Positions 1-11,164 of a stretch of 64,000 nt of DNA are shown here, one piece after another. Origin of the DNA: Thermodesulfobacteriota bacterium (GTDB taxonomy: Bacteria; Desulfobacterota; Desulfarculia; JACQYL01). The stretch covers positions 1,408,001-1,472,000 of the forward strand of contig CAXXLZ010000002.1 of NCBI GenBank assembly GCA_963675595.2. The letters are read 5' to 3'. The notes below the pieces were generated by a model. The model was not told the DNA's origin, did no database searches, and saw nothing but the letters and a program-made list of their open reading frames with translations. Both the position numbers and the translations under genes were made by a program. Positions within the stretch are counted from its first letter, which is position 1. Each line of letters starts with the position of its first letter.

Positions 1-639
1 TCAGTTGTAGTGTTTAAAGCGCAGATAAGTTGATATGTATCCATTTCATTAAGATTTGTTGATGGTTTCTTAAATCGGATCATCTACCTTGAGGTCAAAC
101 ATCGAGACGACTTACTTACACCAAATTTTGGGAGGATATTATCGTCAAATAATATATAAAATAAGCGATTCCAACTCAGCATAATGCGTCAAAAGAAATT
201 TAACAGCGCATGTCTTACGTCGGTTAAGGGCTACAAAGCTGATCATGTCGTATCTTTCTTAATATTGTCCGATCGTTCAATCGGCATAAACGTAGCACGA
301 GATTCAAATCTTAGCTGCAGGCGCATACTCCTTCCTTTTCTTAGGAATTTACGACACTTCGGCATGGCTTCTTAATAAGAAATATAATTCAATATAGCTT
401 GAATACAATGAAGGATGAATATCGTCATGCTGTTCTCCACCGACAAATTGAGCCTTCGCAACAAGATCATGTTTTCCGTACTGCCTCTCGTTGTTGTTGC
501 TCTCGTCGTATCCGCCTACGTGTCCGTCACCTCCCTGAGAACCACGCTGACCACCGAAATCAGGGATGACATTAAATACAAGACCGAGTCCCTTGCCGAC
601 CACGTGGCAAGTTGGATCAACATGCAGAAACTCAACGTT

Positions 640-2515
640 GATGAGTTCGTAAAAACCTCTCCGTAAAGGTATCTAGTTGAAAATATGAATAAAAATGGCA
701 TTTATGGGTTGACCTTTCTTTTGGGTCCTGTATGATAAGTATCTGACTTGATTAATAATATGGTCCTTAGGGGGGTTGTTTTGTTTCGGCCTAAGAGAAC
801 GCAAAAGACCATTTTCGACCACGATATTTGCCTTCCCGCAGACAGGATCGAGGCGTTGGAGAAGACGTGGGCCGGTCCGTTCCGGCGCCTGGTGCTTCCC
901 ATGATCGATGAGGAGTCTTTCCGGCCTTTCTACTGTGAGGACAACGGCAGGCCCAACAGACCCGTGGCCATCCTTGTCGGAGCGTGTGTTTTGAAGGAAA
1001 TGAACAGCCTGACCGATGCGGAAGTCTTGGGCGCTCTGGACTTCGATCTGCGTTGGCAATATGCCTTCAACATCAACGCCTTTGAATCTCACGTCTGCCA
1101 GAAGACCCTGCACAATTTCCGGACCTTGATTACCGACAACAAGCAAGCGCGGAGCCTCTTTACCGGAATCACGGACGCCATCATCGAGACGGCGGCCCTT
1201 AGCACGGACAAACAGCGGTTGGACTCCACACAGATCACTTCCAACATGGCTCATCTGAGCCGTCTGGGGCTCTTTACGCGCACCATCGAGGCGTTCTTGA
1301 AACGGCTCCATAAGAAACATCCCAAGTTGTATGAGAAACTGCCCCGACTTTACGACAAGGCCTACTTGAAGCGCGCAGGCTATTTTGCCGATGCAAAATC
1401 ATCGCGGGCCAAGCGTCGTCTGGACAAGTCCGCCCGCCATCTCGCCGACCTGGTGGACCGCTTCCGAGGTCATCCGGAAATCAGCCGAATGAAAGAATAC
1501 CGGCTGATGGCCCGACTACTGTCGGAGCAATGCCGTTTCACCGAGGGAGATCCCGACAAAACAGAACTCGAGAAGCCCAAGGAAATCCCTGCGGACTCCC
1601 TGCAGAATCCTTCGGATCCCGACGCCACCTATGGGCGCAAGGGCAAAGGATATAAGGCTTCCCTCACGGAGACCTGCGTGAAGGAAAATCCCTTCCAGGT
1701 GATCACCGATGTGGACGTGGCCCCTTCCTATGACAGCGACCAGAAAGACGTGATGCCCGTTATCGAACGCCTGGAGGAAACGGGCCGCAAACCCGAAGAG
1801 TTGTTCGCCGACGCAGGCTACGGCAGCGGCGAGAACATCCTTCAAGCTCACGAGCACGGAGTCGAGCTTACCGCTCCGGTGACTTGCGGAAAAGCGCCGG
1901 ATCTCAATAAGATGCAGTTGAGTGACTTTGAAACGAACGAGGACTGCACCCAGGTCGTTTACTGTATCCGGGGGCACGCGCCACTTGAATGCAAGATCGT
2001 TGACCGCGGCAAAGCGGTGGAAGCCGTGTTTTCCCGCGAGCACTGTCTCCTATGCGAATTTCTCCCCATCTGTCCGGTAAAACGGATCAAGGGCGGAAAT
2101 TATCGACTGAAGTACAAGCGCAAGGACATGGCGACCTCCAAGCGCAGACTACAGCAGGAAAGCCATGATTTCAAAGAACGCTACAAAATCCGGTCCGGCA
2201 TCGAGGCCACCATCTCCGAAGCGGATCGGGTCACGGGATTGAAACGATCGTGGACCCGAGGCAAAAAACGGGTCACCTTATCTGTTTTCATGAAGGCCCT
2301 GGCCATCAACATCAAGAGGTTCGTCCAGAGCCGCCTTGATAAGGCCAAGAAGGCCCTTTCCAACTCGATAGAGGGAGGCAGCAACGATAATTTCCGTCGT
2401 CTTTGTAGCCTATGTCACGATGACAGTAACCTTGGCAGTGTTGCAATGGCCGCTTGAACTTCCAATGCTCCAAAAAACAGCCCTGTTCGTAAAGGGGGGT
2501 TCTTACGACGGCATC
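640..2515 (+). mobile_element. Insertion sequence, IS1182-like, ~1.88 kb
   Basis: Imperfect terminal IRs: GATGAGTTCGTAAAAACCTCTC (from 640) vs reverse complement of the right end GATGCCGTCGTAAGAACCCCCC (ends 2515). Flanked by direct repeat AACGTT (634-639 and 2516-2521). The target is palindromic (TCAACGTTGA), so the exact ends are ambiguous by 1-2 bp. Confidence 0.9.
781..2457 (+). CDS. DDE transposase (IS1182-like)
   Basis: N-terminal DNGRP...LKEM...D motif, RLDST and ADAGYGS acidic motifs, Cys-rich segment, C-terminal [15 protein letters not shown] at 781 follows a G-rich RBS; the ORF is open from 748. Confidence 0.88.
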   Translation: MFRPKRTQKTIFDHDICLPADRIEALEKTWAGPFRRLVLPMIDEESFRPFYCEDNGRPNRPVAILVGACVLKEMNSLTDAEVLGALDFDLRWQYAFNINAFESHVCQKTLHNFRTLITDNKQARSLFTGITDAIIETAALSTDKQRLDSTQITSNMAHLSRLGLFTRTIEAFLKRLHKKHPKLYEKLPRLYDKAYLKRAGYFADAKSSRAKRRLDKSARHLADLVDRFRGHPEISRMKEYRLMARLLSEQCRFTEGDPDKTELEKPKEIPADSLQNPSDPDATYGRKGKGYKASLTETCVKENPFQVITDVDVAPSYDSDQKDVMPVIERLEETGRKPEELFADAGYGSGENILQAHEHGVELTAPVTCGKAPDLNKMQLSDFETNEDCTQVVYCIRGHAPLECKIVDRGKAVEAVFSREHCLLCEFLPICPVKRIKGGNYRLKYKRKDMATSKRRLQQESHDFKERYKIRSGIEATISEADRVTGLKRSWTRGKKRVTLSVFMKALAINIKRFVQSRLDKAKKALSNSIEGGSNDNFRRLCSLCHDDSNLGSVAMAA

Positions 2516-4521
2516 AACGTTGAGACCTTCGGCGATGACAACCTCCTATCAACTGCGACGAATGACTCTCCGGAAGGAAAGAGCGCAAGAAAGGAGACCA
2601 ATCGAAAGCTGGCCGGAATCCGGGATCAGTACGGCTTCTATGAAATCCTGGGAGTGACCGACCCTCAAGGCGAACTCATCGCTTGTTCTCAAGAAGACAT
2701 GATCGGAGTCTCCATTGCCGATAGGAAGTACTACCACGACGTCCTTAACAGGCCCAACGGCATCGTCGTTTCCGAGGCGGTGAAGTCCAAGTCGTCCGGG
2801 AAGCCCGTATTCGTCATCATCCACCGGATTGAGGGACAAAGCGGCACGACGGGTCTTTTCTTCGCGGTGGTCAAACTCTACGCTTTCACGGAACGTTTCA
2901 TCAGTCCCATCAAGTTGGGAGCTCAAGGATATGCCTATATGTACGGTCCCGACGGCTTCCTGCTCGCCCATCCGAATCCTGAAAAAATCCTGAAACTGAA
3001 TATGCACGATTTGGAGTTCGGGCCTGAGATGCTCAAAAGAAGAAACGGTGAACTGGAATACACTTTCCAGGGGGTGGATAAGTGCGCCATTTTCAGGACC
3101 ATCGATGAAACGGGATGGACCGTCGCCACCTCCGCGGTGAACCATGAAATCTATGCTCCGGCGCATCGTTTGACTCAACAAACGCTGATCATCACCGCGC
3201 TCAGCATTCTCATCCTCGGGATCGTGCTGGTGCTCATCGCGAGGTCCATCGCGGCACCGGTCATGAAGGCCGTGAGGGGCTTGAACGACACGGCCGAGCA
3301 GGTGGCGGCGGCGGCGTCTCAGGTTTCTTCGGCAGGGCAATCCCTCGCGGAGGGAGCCTCCGAACAAGCCTCCGCCGTGGAGGAGACCTCTTCCTCCCTC
3401 GAAGAGATGGCTTCCATGACCCGGAAGAACTCGGAGAACACCCAACTAGTGAACAAGCTCATGAAGGAGGAAACCGCTCCCAATTTCCAGCTCATCGAGG
3501 AACGGACCGAACAGGCATACCGTGCCATCGAAAAAGCGGTCAAGACGGGCGAGGAGATGAGAGTGATCATCAAGACCATCGACGAGATCGCCTTTCAAAC
3601 CAATTTGCTCGCCCTCAACGCAGCGGTGGAAGCGGCGCGCGCCGGTGAAGCGGGAGCCGGATTCGCCGTGGTCGCCGAAGAGGTGCGCAGCCTGGCCCTC
3701 CGGGCCGCCCAAGCCGCCAAACAGACCGACGCCCTCATTGAAAAGCAAAACGAGCAGAACGCGGAAGTCAAAAGTATGAATCAACAGGTGATCGAAGCGC
3801 TGGGAACAAACAAAGAAATCGCCGGCAAAGTCGCGCAATTGGTGGATGAGGTTTCCTCGGCGAGCCGAGAGCAGTCCGAGGGCATTCAACAAATCAATTC
3901 GGCGGTCGCCGAGATGGACAGAGTCGTCCAGCTCAACGCCTCCAGCGCTGAGCAGACGGCCTCGGCCTCGCAGCAGCTGAACGCGCAGGCCGTTCAAATG
4001 AAAACTCTTCTTGTGGGACTAAAGAAGACCGTGGACGGAGACCGGCTGGAATCCTTTGTCAAGGCCTCCCATTCGAGCCCGAGGGCGCGGATCGCGGCCG
4101 GTTCCGCTATTCACGAAGCGACTCTATACGCTCGTGAAAAAACGGCCTTGTCTAATCCGGACGACAAGGGAATGCGGAAACCGGTCCTTCGTATGGAACG
4201 AAAGGACTTCGAAGCCTTCTAGCGGCCCGCATGCCCCCTTTCTCGCTTCTTTCCGTGCAAAGCGATCGAGATCAACGCTCGCATCGCTTTGCACTTTGCA
4301 GCATCTCAGGTATACTGAAGCTCTTCCGAAATCTCGAATTAGTCCGAAAGCATCCTGCGAGACTCGAAATCAGGCTCCGCCCGATGTTCTTCCCGTTGAC
4401 GGCCGCCATGTAACCCATCCAAAGGGGAAGGGATCCTTGACAGAGATTGGTCGTCCGAATAGGGTGAGTCATCCATTCCCTTGAGAATTGTCTCTGGAAT
4501 TTCACTTTTTTTCGTCGGATC

Positions 4522-6516
4522 ATGAACAGAAATTCTCTGAAATTTCGATTCGCGCTGGCTGTTGCCGTCGCTTACAGCGTCGTGGGTTTATTCACTTTTC
4601 TGAGTTTTCATTACTTGACGGAAAAACTGGTGGATTCCCTCGGCGCACGGTTTGCCGCCAAGCAGGCATTGCTTGAAAAATCCAGGCTGATGTCCGCGAT
4701 CCGTCGCGACCTGTCCCTTTCACTCAAAATGGCCGATTCACCCCTTCTGGTGCGCTGGGTCCTGGACGAAAACAATAAGGAACTTAAAGAAGCGGCCGCC
4801 GAAGAGCTGGAAAGTTACCGACAAAGCCTGGAGGGGAAAAGCATTTTCATCGCTTTGAATCAATCGGGACACTATTATTTTACCGACGGTTCGGAGGCCC
4901 GAGCCCTTGAAAAGCCCAGGTACACCCTCGACCCGGATAATATCAACGATTCGTGGTATTACCGAAGCATGCGGGATGTGGACGATTTCGAATTGAATGT
5001 CGACTACGACAACCATCTCGACATGAACAAGATTTGGTTTAACGTGGTCATCAAAGACGACGCCGGCAACAAGCTGGGACTTGCGGGCGGCGGCATGGAC
5101 ATTTCGTCGTTTATCGAGCAGATCGTACATTCGGAAGAACCCGGCGTGGAGACGATCCTGTTCGGCCGACAAGGAACCGTCGAGGCTCACCGGGACTCCA
5201 AGTACGTAATGCACAACAGCAAGGTCCGCGGGGACGTGAAAAAGATCACCGTGTACGACCTCATGAACGGCGTTCCGGACGCATCCCGATTGAAGGACGC
5301 AGTGCATTCGCTGGACTCCGGAAACCGGGACGTAATAACCCTGCATCTCACCCTGGAGGATCGCCGTCGCCTTGCCGCGCTGTCGCATTTGGAGGAGATC
5401 GGCTGGTACAACTTGGTGTTGGTGGACGCCGGGCGTTTCGTAAGCATCCGCAGTTTCCTGCCGATTCTCGCCGTCACCATCGGCTCCATGTTCGCCCTCA
5501 TTGTTGTCGTGGGGTTTCTGCTCAACCGACGGGTCCTCGCTCCCCTCGCCGTTCTGGCGTCATCCACCAACCGCATGGCCGTGGGAGATTACGACACCCG
5601 TGTTCCCCACTCCTCCAACGACGAAATCGGTGCACTGGCCCGTTGTTTCAACGACATGGCGGGTATGGTCAAGGACCACAGCGAGAACCTGGAACAAAAG
5701 GTCAGTGAACGCACCGAAGCGCTGAATCGTGCCAATCACCAATTGGAGGAATCCAACCGGCGGATCACGGCGAGCATTCGATACGCCCGAATGATCCAGA
5801 CCTCCGTGCTGCCGGAGAAATCCGCCATAGAGCGAAGAACCGAACGATTCTTCGTCATCTACCGGCCGAGAGACATTGTTGGGGGTGATTTTTATTTCTT
5901 CCGGGAATGCGGAGAACAGTTCGTTATTGCGGTGATCGACTGTACCGGCCACGGAGTACCGGGGGCCTTCATGAGTATGACCGCCAACACGGTGCTGGAC
6001 CACGTACTGGACGCCGCCGGCTGCCTGGATCCCGCCGAGATTCTCGGGGAGCTCAACTTGGGCATGAAGGCCGCCTTGAAACACGACTCCTTGGACTCCG
6101 CGATAGACAACGGACTCGAAATCGGTTTGTGTTTGTGCGATCCTCCAGCCGGTAAGGTCGTATTTTCGGGTGCCAGGATCGAACTCCATTGCATCGAGGG
6201 CGGTGCCTTGACCACGATTTCCGGCGACAAGCAGGCTATTGGATACAGAAGTTCCAATCCGGAGTTTGCCTACACGAATCACTCCGTTTCCGTCGCCGAG
6301 AAGATGGATTTCTACATGGCCAGCGACGGAATCCTGGACCAATCCGGCGGACCCAAAGGATGGGGATTCGGCAGGAAGCGATTCAAGAGATTACTGGCCG
6401 ACGTATCCGGACTTTCCGCGGCGGAACAGAAACAACGGATCGAACAGGCAATCTCCCTTCACCAAGGGGACTACCCTCAAAGGGACGACATCACCATCAT
6501 CGGATTCAGCTTGTAG
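4522..6516 (+). CDS. siaA: SiaA-type membrane PP2C/SpoIIE phosphatase (Cache-HAMP-SpoIIE)
   Basis: Two TM segments, HAMP (DEIGALARCFNDM), PP2C motifs VGGDFY, DCTGHGVPGAFM, SDGILDQ, QRDDITIIG; synteny with siaBCD. Confidence 0.9.
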   Translation: MNRNSLKFRFALAVAVAYSVVGLFTFLSFHYLTEKLVDSLGARFAAKQALLEKSRLMSAIRRDLSLSLKMADSPLLVRWVLDENNKELKEAAAEELESYRQSLEGKSIFIALNQSGHYYFTDGSEARALEKPRYTLDPDNINDSWYYRSMRDVDDFELNVDYDNHLDMNKIWFNVVIKDDAGNKLGLAGGGMDISSFIEQIVHSEEPGVETILFGRQGTVEAHRDSKYVMHNSKVRGDVKKITVYDLMNGVPDASRLKDAVHSLDSGNRDVITLHLTLEDRRRLAALSHLEEIGWYNLVLVDAGRFVSIRSFLPILAVTIGSMFALIVVVGFLLNRRVLAPLAVLASSTNRMAVGDYDTRVPHSSNDEIGALARCFNDMAGMVKDHSENLEQKVSERTEALNRANHQLEESNRRITASIRYARMIQTSVLPEKSAIERRTERFFVIYRPRDIVGGDFYFFRECGEQFVIAVIDCTGHGVPGAFMSMTANTVLDHVLDAAGCLDPAEILGELNLGMKAALKHDSLDSAIDNGLEIGLCLCDPPAGKVVFSGARIELHCIEGGALTTISGDKQAIGYRSSNPEFAYTNHSVSVAEKMDFYMASDGILDQSGGPKGWGFGRKRFKRLLADVSGLSAAEQKQRIEQAISLHQGDYPQRDDITIIGFSL

Positions 6517-6541
6517 ACTTTCAAAATCGGGGGAGGCGCCC

Positions 6542-7087
6542 ATGCAGCACGTTACTCTTTACGACCTCAAAGAGACCTTCAGTGAAGAGGGCATTCTGAT
6601 CTGTTTCGCAGGTCCGTTTTCGCACAGTATTATCGAAGAATTGGGCAACGCGGTGAAGAGCTACCTCGAGGGCGAGCAGTTGACCAAAGCGTCCCTTATG
6701 GACGTATTCTCCATTTTCATCGAACAGACTCAAAACGTAAGGAACTATGCGGAGCTGAAAGCCGGTGAGGGGAACACGGACCGTGATTTCAACAGCGGAA
6801 TCGTCATTATCGGTAAGAACGAGGAAAATTACACCGTGAGCTCGGGCAACTTCGCGAAGCGAGAAGACGTGCACAACGTCGTGGAGCGCCTCGACATGCT
6901 GAAAAGTCTCGACAAGCGGGAACTCAAAGCGGCCTACAAAGACCAGATGAGACGAGAACGAGAGCCGGGAAAAGGCAGCGGTCTGGGCCTCATAGACATG
7001 TCTCGCAAGACGTCCAAACCCCTCGAGTACTCCATCATCGACATCGACGAGCGTTATTGTTTCTTCAGCCTCAAGGCCACGGTTTAG
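6542..7087 (+). CDS. siaB: SiaB-family protein kinase
   Basis: ATG at 6542 after GGAGG; motifs FAGPFSHSIIEELG, FIEQTQNVRNY, GSGLGLIDMSRK; operon position. Confidence 0.88.
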   Translation: MQHVTLYDLKETFSEEGILICFAGPFSHSIIEELGNAVKSYLEGEQLTKASLMDVFSIFIEQTQNVRNYAELKAGEGNTDRDFNSGIVIIGKNEENYTVSSGNFAKREDVHNVVERLDMLKSLDKRELKAAYKDQMRREREPGKGSGLGLIDMSRKTSKPLEYSIIDIDERYCFFSLKATV

Positions 7088-7096
7088 GAGAATTAG

Positions 7097-7480
7097 ATGG
7101 ACAGCTTGAAAATAGAGGGAACCATATCTACTCCCGACATTCTATTTGATTCCGACAGCGGGGTCCTGAGCATGTCCGGTGAATCCTACCCCGAGAATTC
7201 CTTTGAATTCTTTAAGCCCGTGCTGTCTTGGATATCCCGATTCATGACCGCCCATAAGGGGGAAGTGACCCTGAACACCCACCTCAGCTACCTCAATACG
7301 GGAAGCACCAAGTGCATGATGGACATCCTGGACCTGCTGGAAGAGTTTCACACCCGCGGTGGCCGGGTCACCGTCAACTGGTTCTGCGACGAAGAGAACG
7401 AACGGGCCGTGGAAACCGCCGAAGAGTTCAAAGAAGAGGTGACTCTTCCATTCCATATCAAGGCGGTAAAAGAGGAATGA
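7097..7480 (+). CDS. siaC: SiaC regulator (DUF1987 type)
   Basis: TPxIxF, GESYPEN and YLNTGS motifs. Thr68 sits at the position of the SiaC phospho-Thr known from Pseudomonas aeruginosa. Confidence 0.9.
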   Translation: MDSLKIEGTISTPDILFDSDSGVLSMSGESYPENSFEFFKPVLSWISRFMTAHKGEVTLNTHLSYLNTGSTKCMMDILDLLEEFHTRGGRVTVNWFCDEENERAVETAEEFKEEVTLPFHIKAVKEE

Positions 7481-8652
7481 AAAACAGATTGGATACCGAC
7501 TGGATGGAAGATCCGCTCATAAGCAAATTCCGGACTCGGTTTGAGGGACCCGGAACCGGGGAACCACTCTCTTTTGCCGAAACCAAGGAGCTTTTCGACG
7601 CCTTTATCAAGCTCAACGACCGGCTTTTGAGAATCGCCAGAATCAGCGACAGTTATCAGAGCGAGGTCAAAGAACTGGTTACCGAGCTCGAAACCGCGCT
7701 GAAGAACGTCAAAACGCTCAAAGGTTTGATTCCCATCTGCGCTTCCTGCAAGAAGATCCGCAACCACGACGGAGAGTGGAAGCAGTTGGAGCAATACATT
7801 TCAGAGCATTCGGACGCCATGTTCTCTCATGGACTATGCCCCGAATGCGGGCGCAACTATCGTGCTCTGGCCAGGGGTTCTCAAAGCAAAGGGACCACTG
7901 CGCCGGCTCCGCCCTCCCACTTTCTGGACGATACGGATATGGACGATCCGGTCATCGTCAGATTCCTGCCCGCCGTGACGAATCCTCATTATACCGAGTC
8001 CCCTCTGTTCGACGAATTCAGCGATCTCTTCCAGAAATACGTGAGACTGACCAAACGGATGAAACGCATCATCCGAATAAGCGACAGCTATCAGTCGGAA
8101 CTCCGAGATCTCCAAGTCCGTCTGGAACACGCTTCGCGGACCGACTACCTGACGGGCCTCTGCAATCGCAAAGGGATCTATGAAAAGCTCGAAGCGGAAC
8201 AAAACCGCTCGCGGCGTCACGACCGAACCTTCGCCGTCCTGCTGATGGATATCGATCAGTTCAAGCTGATCAACGATGCTCATGGGCACGAAGCGGGAGA
8301 CCGGGTCCTGGTGTCTCTTGCCCGCCTTTTCGCAGAAAATTTCAGAAAAGAAGACAGCAGCGCCCGTTGGGGAGGCGAGGAGTTTCTTTTTCTGTTCCCG
8401 GAAGTGGACGCGGAGAGTGCGCTGCACATTTCGGAGAAACTGAGGAAACTGGTGGCGGAGCTTTCCATCGAGGCCGCGGGAACGGACATAAGGCTGACCG
8501 CCAGCTTCGGGATCGCACTCTACAGACCGGAAGAGACGCTCGACGAATGCATTCGACGCGCGGATCAAGCGCTTTACCAGGCCAAGCGGCAAGGTCGGAA
8601 TCGGTCCCTTCTTCACTCCGGCCGACCGGAGACCTCGTTTCCATCCACATGA
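7477..8652 (+). CDS. siaD: SiaD-like diguanylate cyclase with an inserted Cys4 domain
   Basis: ATGA overlap with siaC; two RIxRISDSYQSE stalk motifs; DYLTGLCNR; RKED I-site; intact GGEEF. Confidence 0.88.
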   Translation: MKNRLDTDWMEDPLISKFRTRFEGPGTGEPLSFAETKELFDAFIKLNDRLLRIARISDSYQSEVKELVTELETALKNVKTLKGLIPICASCKKIRNHDGEWKQLEQYISEHSDAMFSHGLCPECGRNYRALARGSQSKGTTAPAPPSHFLDDTDMDDPVIVRFLPAVTNPHYTESPLFDEFSDLFQKYVRLTKRMKRIIRISDSYQSELRDLQVRLEHASRTDYLTGLCNRKGIYEKLEAEQNRSRRHDRTFAVLLMDIDQFKLINDAHGHEAGDRVLVSLARLFAENFRKEDSSARWGGEEFLFLFPEVDAESALHISEKLRKLVAELSIEAAGTDIRLTASFGIALYRPEETLDECIRRADQALYQAKRQGRNRSLLHSGRPETSFPST

Positions 8653-9150
8653 GACGAACCGTACCCGGCGCGTAACACGTCCGAGTTACGGCCACCTTTC
8701 AGGTTGCATCTCCGCCCTTGAATGGTGCATGATTCTCCCTATGAAGTCCGTTCCGGGAACCGTGGCACATGGATGGGACACGAGCGACCTTGAATTCATG
8801 CGGAATTGTGCGGGCCGACAAACCGCATGTTCCGCAGCCGGCTGAGGAGCCGGTGTGCTTCGAGGGGTCCTCGATCGCTTGTTGTTCGTACTTCGCACCG
8901 TCCACGAACGGAAGTGTCGTGGGTCCGCCGACGTCATGGGGCATGGGTGCCCGCACCGAGAGGAGCGGAAGACCCCGTAATGGCCCATAGCCCGCGATTC
9001 GCGAAAGGGGCGACGTGAATCCAAGGCGGGAGGGCGGATCCACCTGCTGCACGAACAACCGCCGAAGGACGTTCCGCCGCCCACAACCGTAGGAGCCCGT
9101 CCGGCCGTCCCGGCCTTTCCCGAGGCACCATCAACCCAAGGAGTTTCAAG

Positions 9151-10110
9151 TTGTCCGATGCATCGATTCGTGATCTCGTCATAGTCGGAGGCGGTCCCGC
9201 AGGCTTGGCTGCCGGTATCTACGCCATGAGAGCCGCACTCGACACCGTGCTGGTGGAAAAGGGCGTGCCCGGCGGGCAGTTGGCTCTCACCAAAGACATC
9301 GAAAACTATCCGGGATTTCAGACCATTTCAGGATTCGAACTTTCCGAAAGGCTTCTCGAACACGCTAGAAGCTACGGGCTGGAAGTTGTCCAGAAAGAGG
9401 TGGTTTCCGTGGAGCCCGGAATCGACTTTCATTCCGTCCACCTCGACGACGGCACGCGTCTGGACGCGCACGCTCTGATCCTGGCCGCGGGGGGCACCGC
9501 GAAAAAGCTCGGCGTTCCCGGAGAAGAGGACAATTTCGGTCGGGGTGTTTCGTACTGCGCCACCTGCGACGGCTTCTTCTTTCGTGACAAGACCGTAGTG
9601 GTGGTCGGGGGCGGCGATACCGCGCTCGAGGATTCTCTCTATCTGGCGAAGATTACGAGCCGCGTTTACCTGGCTCACCGCAGAGATGAATTCCGGGGAA
9701 GTCGGATTCTTCAACAACGGGTCTTCGCGGAACCCAAGATCGAAGTCCTCTTTGACACCGTGGTCCGGGAAGTCCGCTCCGACGACGCGGGGGTTTCCGG
9801 CGTTCTTTTCGAAAACGTCCGTACCGGCAAGCAGTGGGAACAAGCCACGGACGGAGTTTTCGTTTTCGTGGGATTCTCACCCAATCGGGAACTCATTCCG
9901 CCGGGAGTCAAGACCAATGCCGGGGGCTTTGCCGTTACGGATCACAAGTGCGAAACCAATTTGCCGGGCATCTTCGCAGTGGGCGACTTGAGGGAGAAGT
10001 ACGCCAACCAAGTGGTCATTGCCGCTGCGGACGGGTGCGTAGCCGCCCTGGCCGCCGCCCATTACGTGGAGGCGAAAAAAGCGAGCGCCGCCTGCGCCAT
10101 TCGGGAGTAG
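9151..10110 (+). CDS. trxB: Thioredoxin-disulfide reductase
   Basis: GGGPAG FAD motif, IENYPGF, GVSYCATCDGFFF active site, GGGDTA NADPH motif; TTG start after AGGAG. Confidence 0.95.
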   Translation: MSDASIRDLVIVGGGPAGLAAGIYAMRAALDTVLVEKGVPGGQLALTKDIENYPGFQTISGFELSERLLEHARSYGLEVVQKEVVSVEPGIDFHSVHLDDGTRLDAHALILAAGGTAKKLGVPGEEDNFGRGVSYCATCDGFFFRDKTVVVVGGGDTALEDSLYLAKITSRVYLAHRRDEFRGSRILQQRVFAEPKIEVLFDTVVREVRSDDAGVSGVLFENVRTGKQWEQATDGVFVFVGFSPNRELIPPGVKTNAGGFAVTDHKCETNLPGIFAVGDLREKYANQVVIAAADGCVAALAAAHYVEAKKASAACAIRE

Positions 10111-10246
10111 TGCTTTCCTGCGTGTGGTCGAGGCTTGGGCACAAAACCTGAGTCGAGGCTTTCCGGAAACGTCCGGTCCCGCTCCACGCAGCTTGAGGGA
10201 GGGCGGTTAAGTCACGTCCTCCTCATGAAACGGCCGGACTCTCACA

Positions 10247-10990
10247 ATGAACAAGGACTTACACCCGGTGGCAGCTTCCGAAAAGGCGGAGGCGCCCGGC
10301 AAGGCCGGACGTCATGGTGCCCGCGTAAAAGCATTGGCTTTGCTGGTTTTTGTCCTGGCCGCCGTCCTGGTGGTCCGTTTCACTCCGGTGCGCGCGTACC
10401 TGACGGCTGAGCGACTCTCTGAATTCCTTGAAAGTGTGGGAATCTGGGCTCCCCTGGTTTATATGGGAGTCTATGCCGTGGGAGTTTGCCTCTTCCTCCC
10501 CGGAACTCTCCTGACCACCCTTGGTGCCGCCGTTTTCGGACCATATCGAGGATTCGTCTACGTCTGGATCGGGGCCATGATCGGGGCGAGCCTCTCTTTT
10601 TTCATCGGACGCTACCTCGGCAGAGACTTTGCCGCGTCACTCATCGGGAATCGTCTGAAGAATTACGATGACGCCATTGAGCGAAACGGCTTCACCACGG
10701 TCCTCTACCTTCGTCTCGTTTACTTCCCGTTTACTCCCATGAACTTCGGCATGGGCCTGACCAAGGTTCGATTCAAAGATTACTTCGCCGGCACGGGCCT
10801 GGGCATTATCGTAGGCACCTTTATCTTCACGTTCTTTGTGGGTACGTTGAAGGAAGTGTGGGCGGGCGGCGACTGGAAAGAACTGCTGTCCTGGAAGGTC
10901 TTTTTCTCCATCGGGTTGTTCATCTTCTCCTTTTTTATTCCCAAGCTGATCAAGAAATTCAAGGCTTCCCGAAAACTGGAAGAGGACTAG
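10247..10990 (+). CDS. TVP38/TMEM64 (DedA/SNARE-associated) membrane protein
   Basis: Multi-TM protein with FLPGT...GAAVFG, FFIGRYLGR, LRLVYFPFTPMNFGMGLT. Confidence 0.88.
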   Translation: MNKDLHPVAASEKAEAPGKAGRHGARVKALALLVFVLAAVLVVRFTPVRAYLTAERLSEFLESVGIWAPLVYMGVYAVGVCLFLPGTLLTTLGAAVFGPYRGFVYVWIGAMIGASLSFFIGRYLGRDFAASLIGNRLKNYDDAIERNGFTTVLYLRLVYFPFTPMNFGMGLTKVRFKDYFAGTGLGIIVGTFIFTFFVGTLKEVWAGGDWKELLSWKVFFSIGLFIFSFFIPKLIKKFKASRKLEED

Positions 10991-11102
10991 TCGATCGCAG
11001 GATGGAAGGCCTCGAACCTTCGACCGCACCAGTCCGCATTCCGCATGCCGGGCAGGTCGGCGCCTCACGCAACAGCCCCTTCAGCGCATTCATGAAAACT
11101 CG

Positions 11103-11130
11103 AAAGGCGGGCACCGGCCCGCGTCCTTTT
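11103..11130 (+). terminator. Putative intrinsic terminator after trxB-TVP38
   Basis: GCGGGC-accg-GCCCGC hairpin followed by gtccTTTT. Confidence 0.5.
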
Positions 11131-11135
11131 GTTGG

Positions 11136-11164
11136 TTGACTATTTGCAAACATGATACCATAAT
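11136..11164 (+). promoter_or_regulatory. sigma70-type promoter
   Basis: TTGACT-N17-CATAAT immediately after a terminator. Confidence 0.6.

Larger units (their letters stand above)
415..4222 (+). pseudogene. Methyl-accepting chemotaxis protein (TM-dCache-TM-MCP signal), interrupted by an IS
   Basis: 415..639 encodes TM1 (IMFSVLPLVVVALVVSAYV) and the start of the sensor. 2522..4222 encodes a Cache-like region ([15 protein letters not shown]), TM2 and the MCP core [37 protein letters not shown]. Removing 640..2521 rejoins the frame as ...QKLNVETF..., about 641 aa. Confidence 0.92.

Noticed and set aside
1-414. AT-rich stretch and 63-aa ORF at the window start
   Set aside because: Consistent with the MCP promoter region; no coding signature, and context is cut by the window edge.
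8660-9150. 490-nt gap before trxB with several short ORFs and a GTTGTTCGT/ACGAACAAC stem
   Set aside because: No ORF with RBS or motif and no recognisable RNA family; TGGCAC at 8763 lacks the -12 TTGC.
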